Below are positions 11,701 to 20,700 of a stretch of 50,738 bases of DNA, in pieces. The notes beneath the pieces were generated by a model, which did no database searches, was not told the origin of the DNA, and saw nothing but the letters and a program-made list of their open reading frames with translations. The first letter of the stretch is position 1; every line of letters begins with the position of its first letter. Origin of the DNA: Basidiobolus meristosporus CBS 931.73 (lineage: Eukaryota > Fungi > Basidiobolomycota); the NCBI GenBank assembly GCA_002104905.1, contig MCFE01000638.1:1-50738 (forward strand), read 5' to 3'. The position numbers and the translations under genes were made by a program.

Positions 11701-14700
11701 GGTGATGGTACGAGCACCACTTTCAACAGAAACGGTAGGCTGAACAGTGACAGTGCGGTCAACAACAGTGTGAACATTGCCGTTGGACTCAGTCACAGTG
11801 ATAGTACGGGCACCGCTTTCAACAGAAACGGTAGGCTGAACAGTGACAGTGCGGTCAACAACAGTGTGAACATTGCCGTTGGACTCAGTCACAGTGATAG
11901 TACGGGCACCGCTTTCAACAGAAACGGTAGGCTGAATAGTAACTGTGCGGTCAACAACAGTGTGAACATTGCTGCCGGATTCTGTGATAGTCACTGTTGG
12001 TTTTGTGGCTGTTACATCGACTGATGTCTCGGGGCGGATCGTAATATAAGCTGACGGCTTTTCGGTCACTGTATGCTTGTCGGTTACCGTTTGCTTAGTG
12101 GTCGTTACTATAGGTTCAGTTATAGTGATAGCAATCGATTCATCGTGTTGAACAGTCACCTCTTCGGAATTACTCTTGGTAACAGAGTGCTTATAGGTTA
12201 CGGTAGGCTCGGTAATTGTTACCGGTGGCTCAGTGATTGTTTCATCAAATGTAGACTTGTGCTGAATGGTCACCTTGCTCGATGGCATATCTGTTACAGA
12301 ATTTCTGTATGTTACTGTTGGCTTAGTGATGGTTACGGTTGGTTCGTTAGCAGTAATATTGACAGTGGTGTCATGTTGAACCGTGACTTGTTTTGAAGTC
12401 CCTTTCGTGACTGAGTGTGTATAGGTCACCTTAGGTTCTGTTACAGTTACAGTTGGTTCGGCAACTGTCACTTCGGCTGAAGTCAATCGTTCGATTGTCA
12501 CTTTTCTGGAAGGTGTCTCGGTCACGGAATGCTTGTTTGTAACAGTTGGCTCAGTGATTGTCATTGTTGGTTCAGTTATAGTAACATCTACTGATTTATC
12601 GTGTTGGATTGTCACCTCCTTTGATTCCGCTTTCGTAATCGAATGCTTATATGTCACGGTGGGTTCGGTTACTGTGACAGTGGGTTCGGTTACTGTCACC
12701 TCGACTGAGGTATCAGGCTGATTTGTTACCTCAATGGATGGCTTTTCAGTCACGGTATTCTTGTTTGTTACAGTTGGCTCAGTGATTGTCATTGTTGGTT
12801 CAGTTATAGTAACATCTACTGATTTATCGTGTTGGATTGTCACCTCCTTTGATTCCGCTTTCGTAACCGAATGCTTATATGTCACGGTGGGTTCGGTTAC
12901 TGTGACAGTGGGTTCGGTTATTGTTACCTCGACTGAGGTATCAGGCTGTATTGTTACCTCAATGGATGGCTTCTCAGTAACGGAATGCTTATGTGTTATA
13001 GTTGCCTCAGTAATAGTCATTGTTGGTTCAGTTATAGTAACATCTACTGATTTATCGTGATGGATGGTAACCTCCTCTGATTCCGCTTTCGTAATCGAAT
13101 GCTTATATGTCACGGTGGGTTCGGTTACTGTGACAGTAGGTTCGGTGACTGTTACCTCGACAGAGGTATCAGGCTGAATTGTTACCTCAATGGATGGCTT
13201 CTCAGTAACGGAATGCTTGTATGTTATAGTTGGCTCCGTAATGGTCACCACTGGTTCAGTAACAGTAATGCCAAATGAGGAATCATATCGAATTGTAACT
13301 TGCTTAGACGCCTCCTTGGTTACAGAGTGCTCATAGGTCACTGTAGGCTCCGTCACAGTGATTGTTGGCTCAGTGATGGTAACCTCACTCGAAAAAACCG
13401 GTGTTTGGGTCACATTGTGATGGGGCTTAATCGTTACAGAGTAATCCTTGGTGAATGTACGCTCAGTAACGGTTAGTGTTGGCTCTTTCTTAGTAACCTC
13501 GTCAGAGACAATAGGTTGAACAGTCACGCTATGTCCCTCCTGTGTAAACGTATGAGTTATAAATGTTGCAGATCCTGTAGAGGTCACTTGCGGTTCAGTA
13601 ACGGTGACATCAACAGAGATAGTAGGACGAACTGTTACTGCATCGAAAGAGGACTCTGGTGACTGAGACGATTTTTCAGACACGGAATGAACTGACTTCG
13701 AAGTAGACTTGCTGTGGTCATCATGCTTCGAGTGCGCACTTGGCTTCTTAGAATGTGACGATTCCATTGGTCTGTGCTCTGACTCCGAGTGAGTGGGCTT
13801 AACCGATGAGTCCATGTTGCTCTCACTGTGAACGTGCTCCGTTGGCTTATCAGATTCGGTGTGAACTGGCTTGGAAGACTTGCTGTGGTCATCAGTCTTC
13901 GAGTGTACACTAGGTTTCTCAGAGTGGGATGATTGCTTGGGTCTGTGCTCTGACTCCGAGTGGGTAGACTTAGCCGATGAGTCCATGTGGCTTTCACTGT
14001 GAGCGTGCTCGGTTGGCTTCTCAGAATGGGTTGACTTATCAGACTCGGTGTGAACTGGCTTCAAAGTAGACTTGCTATGGTCATCAGACTTCGAATGTTC
14101 ACTAGGTTTCTCTGAGTGTGGTGATTCCTTGGATCTGTGCTCTGTCTCCGAGTGAGTAGGCTTAACCGATGAGTCCATATTGCTTTCACTGTGAACGTGC
14201 TCTGTTGGCTTCTCAGCATGGGTTGACTTCACAGACTCGGTGTGAACTGGCTTGGAAGACATGCTGTGGTCATCAGGCTTCGAGTGTTCACTAGGTTTCT
14301 CAGAGTGTGATGATTCCTTGGGTCTGTGCTCTGACTCCGAGTGAGTAGGCTTTACCGATGAGTCCATGTGACTCTCACTGTGAGCGTGCTCGGTTGGCTT
14401 CTCAGAATGGGTTGACTTATCAGACTCGGTGTGTACTGGCTTCGAAGTAGACTTGCTATGGTCATCAGACTTCGAGTGTACACTAGGTTTCTCAGAGTGG
14501 GATGATTCCTTAGGTCTGTGCTCTGACTCCGAGTGGGTAGGCTTAACCAATGAGTCCATGTGGCTCTCACTGTGAACGTGCTCGGTTGGCTTCACAGAAT
14601 GAATTGACTTCTCAGACTCAGTATGAACTGGCTTGGAAGACTTGCTGTGGTTCTCAGACTTCGAGTGTTCACTAGGTTTCTCCGAGTGTGGTGATTCCTT

Positions 14701-17700
14701 GGGTCTGTGCTCTGACTCCGAGTGGGTAGGCTTAGCCGATGAGTCCATGTGGCTTTCACTGTGAGCGTGCTCGGTTGGCTTCTCAGAATGGGTTGACTTA
14801 TCAGAATCGGTGTGAACTGGCTTCAAAGTAGACTTGCTGTGGTCATCTGACTTCGAGTGTACATTAGGTTTCTCAGAGTGTGATGATTCCTTAGATCTGT
14901 GTTCTGACTCCGAGTGGGTAGGCTTAACCGATGAGTCTATATGGCTCTCACTGGGAGCGTGCTCGGTTGGCTTCTCAGTATGGGTTGACTTATCAGACTC
15001 GGTGTGAACTGGCTTGGAAGACTTGCTGTGGTCATCAGACTTCGAGTGTTCACTAGGCTTCTCAGAGTGGGATGATTCCTCAGGTCTGTGCTCTGACTCC
15101 GAGTGGGTAGGCTTAACCGATGAGTCCATGTGGCTTTCACTGTGACCGTGCTCGGTTGGCTTCTCAGAATGAATTGATTTCTCAGACTCGGTGCGGACTG
15201 GCTTGGAAGACTTGCTGTGGTCATCAGACTTCGAGTGCTCACTAGGTTTCTCAGAGTGTGATGATTCCTTGGGTCTGTGCTCTGACTCCGAGTGGGTAGG
15301 CTTAGCCGATGAGACCATGTGGCTCTCACTGTGAACGTGCTCGGTTGACTTCTCAGAATGGGTTGACTTTACAGAATCGGTGTGAACTGGCTTCAAAGTA
15401 GACTTGCCATGGTCATCTGACTTCGGGTGTACACTAGGTTTCTTGGACAGGGATGATTCCTTAGGTCTGTGCTCTGACTCCGAGTGAGTTGGCTTAACCG
15501 ATGAGTCCATGTGACTCTCACTGTGAACGTGATCGGTTGGCTTCTCAGCATGGGTTGACTTATCAGACTCGGTGTGAACTGGCTTGGAAGACTTGCTGTG
15601 GTCATCGGACTTCGAATGTTCACTAGGTTTTTCAGAGTGTGATGATTCCTTGGGTCTGTGCTCTGTCTCCGAGTGAGTAGGCTTTACCGATGAATCCATG
15701 TGGCTCTCACTGTGAACGTGCTCGGTTGGCTTCTCAGCATGGGTTGACTTATCAGACTCGGTGTGAACTGGCTTCGAAGTAGACTTGCTATGGTCATCCG
15801 ACTTCGAGTGTTCACTAGGTTTCACAGAATGGGTTGACTTCTCAGACACGATGTTAACTGGCTTCGAAGTAAACTTGCTATGGTCATCAGACTTCGAATG
15901 TTCACTAGGTTTCTCAGAGTGTGATGATTCCTTGGGTCTGTGCTCTGACTCCGAGTGGGTAGGCTTAGCCGATGAGTCCATGTGGCTCTCACTGTGAACG
16001 TGCTCGGTTGGCTTCTCAGAATGGGATGACTTTACAGAATCGGTGTGAACTGGCTTCAAAGTAGACTTGCTATGATCATCAGACTTCGAGTGCTCACTAG
16101 GTTTCTCAGAGTGTGATGATTCCTTGGGTCTGTGCTCTGACTCCGAGTGGGTAGGCTTAGCCGATGAGACCATGTGGCTCTCACTGTGAACGTGCTCGGT
16201 TGACTTCTCAGAATGGGATGACTTTACAGAATCGGTGTGAACTGGCTTCAAGGTAGACTTGCTATGGTCATCAGACTTCGAGTGCACACTAGGTTTCTCA
16301 GAGTGGGAAGATTTCTTAGGTCTGTGCTCTGACTCCGAGTGGGTAGGCTTATCCGATGAGTCCATGTGGCTCTCGCTGTGAACGTGCTCGGTTGGCTTCA
16401 CAGAATGAATTGACTTCTCAGACTCGGTATGAACTGGCTTGGAAGACTGGCTGTGGTCCTCAGACTTCGAGTGTTCACTAGGTTTTTCAGAATGAATTGA
16501 CTTCTCAGACTCGGTGTGATCTGGCTTGGAAGACTTGCTGTGGTCCTCAGACTTCGAGTGCTCACTAGGTTTCTCAGAGTGGGACGATTCCTTGGTTCTG
16601 TGCTCTGACTCCGAGTGAGTGGGCTTTACGGATGAATCCATGTGACTCTCACTGTGAACGTGCTCGGTTGGCTTCTCAGAATGGATTGACTTATCCGACT
16701 CGTTGTGAACTGGCTTGGAAGTAGACTTGCTATGGTCATCAGACTTCGAGTGTTCACTAGGCTTCTCAGAGTGGGATGATTCCTTAGGTCTGTGCTCTGA
16801 CTCCGAGTGGGTAGGCTTATCCGATGAGTCCATGTGGCTTTCACTGTGAGCGTGCTCGGTTGGCTTCTCAGGATGGGTTGACTTCTCAGACTCGGTGCGA
16901 ACTGGCTTGGAAGACTTGCTGTGGTCCTCAGACTTCGAGTGCTCACTAGGTTTCTCAGAGTGGGACGATTCCTTGGGTCTGTGCTCTGACTCCGAGTGAG
17001 TGGGCTTTACGGATGAATCCATGTGACTCTCACTGTGAACGTGCTCGGTTGGCTTCTCAGAATGGATTGACTTATCCGATTCGTTGTGAACTGGCTTGGA
17101 AGACTTGCTATGGTCATCAGACTTCGAGTGTTCACTAGGCTTCTCAGAGTGGGATGATTCCTTAGGTCTGTGCTCTGACTCCGAGTGGGTAGGCTTAGCC
17201 GATGAGTCCATGTGGCTCTCACTGTGAACGTGCTCGGTTGACTTCTCAGAATGGGATGACTTTACAGAATCGGTGTGAACTGGCTTCAAAGTAGACTTGC
17301 TATGGTCATCAAACTTCGAGTGTTCACTGGGTTTCTCAGAGTGTGATGATTCCTTGGGTCTGTGCTCTGACTCCGAGTGAGTAGGCTTTACCGATGAATC
17401 CATGTGGCTCTCACTGTGAACGTGCTCGGTTGGCTTCTCAGCATGGGTTGACTTATCAGACTCGGTGTGAACTGGCTTCGAAGTAGACTTGCTATGGTCA
17501 TCCGACTTCGAGTGTTCACTAGGTTTCACAGAATGGGATGACTTTACAGAATCGGTGTGAACTGGCTTCGAAGTAAACTTGCTATGGTCATCAGACTTCG
17601 AATGTTCACTGGGTTTCTCAGAGTGTGATGATTCCTTGGGTCTGTGCTCTGACTCCGAGTGGGTAGGCTTAGCCGATGAGTCCATGTGGCTCTCACTGTG

Positions 17701-20700
17701 AACGTGCTCGGTTGGCTTCTCAGAATGGGATGACTTTACAGAATCGGTGTGAACTGGCTTCAAAGTAGACTTGCTATGGTCATCAGACTTCGAGTGTTCA
17801 CTGGGTTTCTCAGAGTGTGATGATTCCTTGGGTCTGTGCTCTGACTCCGAGTGAGTAGGCTTTACCGATGAATCCATGTGGCTCTCACTGTGAACGTGCT
17901 CGGTTGGCTTCTCAGCATGGGTTGACTTATCAGACTCGGTGTGAACTGGCTTCGAAGTAGACTTGCTATGGTCATCCGACTTCGAGTGTTCACTAGGTTT
18001 CACAGAATGGGTTGACTTCTCAGACACGATGTTAACTGTCTTTGAAGTAAACTTGCTATGGTCATCAGACTTCGAATGTTCACTAGGTTTCTCAGAGTGT
18101 GATGATTCCTTGAATCTGTGCTCTGACTCCGAGTGAGTAGGCTTAGCCGATGAGTCCATGTGGCTCTCACTGTGAACGTGCTCGGTTGACTTCTCAGAAT
18201 GGGTTGACTTTACAGAATCGGTGTGAACTGGCTTCAAGGTAGACTTGCTATGGTCATCAGACTTCGAGTTTTCACTGGGTTTCTCAGAGTGTGACGATTC
18301 CTTGGGTCTGTGCTCTGACTCCGAGTGGGTAGGCTTAACCGATGAGTCCATGTGGCTTTCACTGTGAGCGTGCTCGGTTGGCTTCTCAGCATGGGTTGAC
18401 TTCTCAAACTCGGTGCTGACTGGCTTGGAAGACTTGCTATGGTCATCAGACTTCGAGTGCTCACTAGGTTTCTCAGAGTGTGACGATTCCTTCGGTCTGT
18501 GCTCTGACTCCGAGTGGGTAGGCTTAGCCGATGAGTCCATGTGGCTTTCACTGTGAACGTGCTCGGTTGGCTTCTCCGAATGGGTTGACCTATCAGACTC
18601 GGTGTGTACTGGCTTTGAAGACTTGCTACGGTAATCAGACTTCGAGTGTACACTAGGTTTCTCAGAGTGGGATGATTCCTTGGGTCTGTGCTCTGACTCC
18701 GAGTGGGTAGGCTTAACCGATGAGTCTATATGGCTCTCACTGTGAGCGTGCTCGGTTGGCTTCTCAGTATGGGTTGACTTATCAGACTCGGTGTGAACTG
18801 GCTTGGAAGACTTGCTGTGGTCATCAGACTTCGAGTGCTCACTAGGTTTCTCAGAGTGTGATGATTCCTTAGGTCTGTGCTCTGACTCCGAGTGGGTAGG
18901 CTTAGCCGATGAGACCATGTGGCTTTCACTGTGAACATGCTCGGTTGGCTTCTCAGAATGGGACGATTCCTTGGGTCTGTGCTCTGACTCCGAGTGAGTG
19001 GGCTTTACGGATGAATCCATGTGACTCTCACTGTGAACGTGCTCGGTTGGCTTCTCAGAATGGATTGACTTATCCGACTCGTTGTGAACTGGCTTGGAAG
19101 TAGACTTGCTATGGTCATCAGACTTCGAGTGTTCACTAGGCTTCTCAGAGTGGGATGATTCCTTAGGTCTGTGCTCTGACTCTGAGTGGGTAGGCTTATC
19201 CGATGAGTCCATGTGGCTTTCACTGTGAGCGTGCTCGGTTGGCTTCTCAGAATGAATTGATTTCTCAGACTCGGTGCGGACTGTCTTGGAAGACTTGCTG
19301 TGGTCATCAGACTTCGAGTGCTCACTAGGTTTCTCAGAGTGTGACGATTCCTTGGGTCTGTGCTCTGACTCCGAGTGGGTAGGCTTAGCCGATGAGACCA
19401 TGTGGCTCTCACTGTGAACGTGCTCGGTTGACTTCTCAGAATGGGTTGACTTTACAGAATCGGTGTGAACTGGCTTCAAAGTAGACTTGCCATGGTCATC
19501 TGACTTCGAGTGTACACTAGGTTTCTTGGACAGGGATGATTCCTTAGGTCTGTGTTCTGACTCCGAGTGGGTAGGCTTAACCGATGAGTCCATGTGGCTC
19601 TCACTGTGAACGAGATCGGTTGGCTTCTCAGGATGGGTTGACTTCTCAGACTCGGTGTGTACTGGCTTCGAAGTAGATTTGCTATGGTCATCAGACTTCG
19701 AGTGTTCACTAGGTTTCTCAGAGTGGGATGATTCCTTAGGTCTGTGCTCTGACTCCGAGTGAGTAGGCTTAATCGATGAGTCCATGTGACTCTCACTGTG
19801 AATGTGCACGGTTGGCTTCTCAGAATGGGTTGACTTCTCAGACTCAGTGTGAACTGGCTTCGAAGTAGACTTGCTGTGGTCATCGGACTTCGAATGTTCA
19901 CTAGGTTTCTCAGAGTGTGATGATTCCTTGGGTCTGTGCTCTGACTCCGAGTGAGTGGGCTTAACCGATGAGTCCATGTGACTCTCACTGTGAACGTGCT
20001 CGGTTGGCTTCTCAGAATGGGTTGACTTATTAGACTCGGTGTGAACTGGCTTCGTAGTAGACTTGCTATGGTCATCAGACTTCGAGTGTTCACTGGGTTT
20101 CTCAGAGTGTGATGATTCCTTGGGTCTGTGCTCGGACTCTGAGTGAGTAGGCTTAACCGATGAGTCTATGTGGCTCTCACTGTGAACGTGCTCGGTTGAC
20201 TTCTCAGAATGGGTTGACGTATCAGACTCGGTGTGAACTGGCTTGGAAGACTTGCTATGGTCATCAGACTTCGAGTGTTTACTAGGTTTCTCAATGTGTG
20301 ATGATTCCTTAGGTTTGTGCTCTGACTGCAAGTGAGTAGGCTTTAACGATGAGTCGATGTGGCTTGCACTATGAACGTGATCGGTAGGTTCTTCAGAATG
20401 GGTAGATTTATCAGACTCGGTGTGCACTTGCTTCGCACTAGAATTGCCATGGTTATCAGATTTTGAGTGCTCACCCGACTTCTCACCGTGTGACGATTCT
20501 TTGGGTTTGTGTTCTGACTCAGAGTGAGTAGGCTCTACAGATGAGTCCATTTTGCTTTCACTGTGGACTGGATGCTCTTCACTAGCTGATTTCTCTGATT
20601 GGCTCTTTGTGGTTTGTGAGTATGATGGTTTCAGTTCGGTTTTGGGAATGTGCTGAATGGTACTCTTGCCAGTCGCTGCTGGTGGTGTTGCCACCTTCGA

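Noticed and set aside
9274-12024. Long plus-strand Asn/Ser/Gly-rich ORFs (274 and 628 aa) that look like a repeat protein
   Set aside because: In-register antisense shadow of gene A. The frame stays open because the repeat rarely uses TCA/TTA/CTA codons and breaks exactly where a TCA occurs; it has no signal peptide or unique domain.
9235-12030. Regular repeat array superficially like a CRISPR array
   Set aside because: No unique spacers, the period is a multiple of 3 inside an ORF, the context is eukaryotic and there are no cas genes.
13635-20093. Many short minus-strand ORFs rich in R/S/L/T/P (also at 37348-43275)
   Set aside because: Alternative-frame translations of the His repeats.
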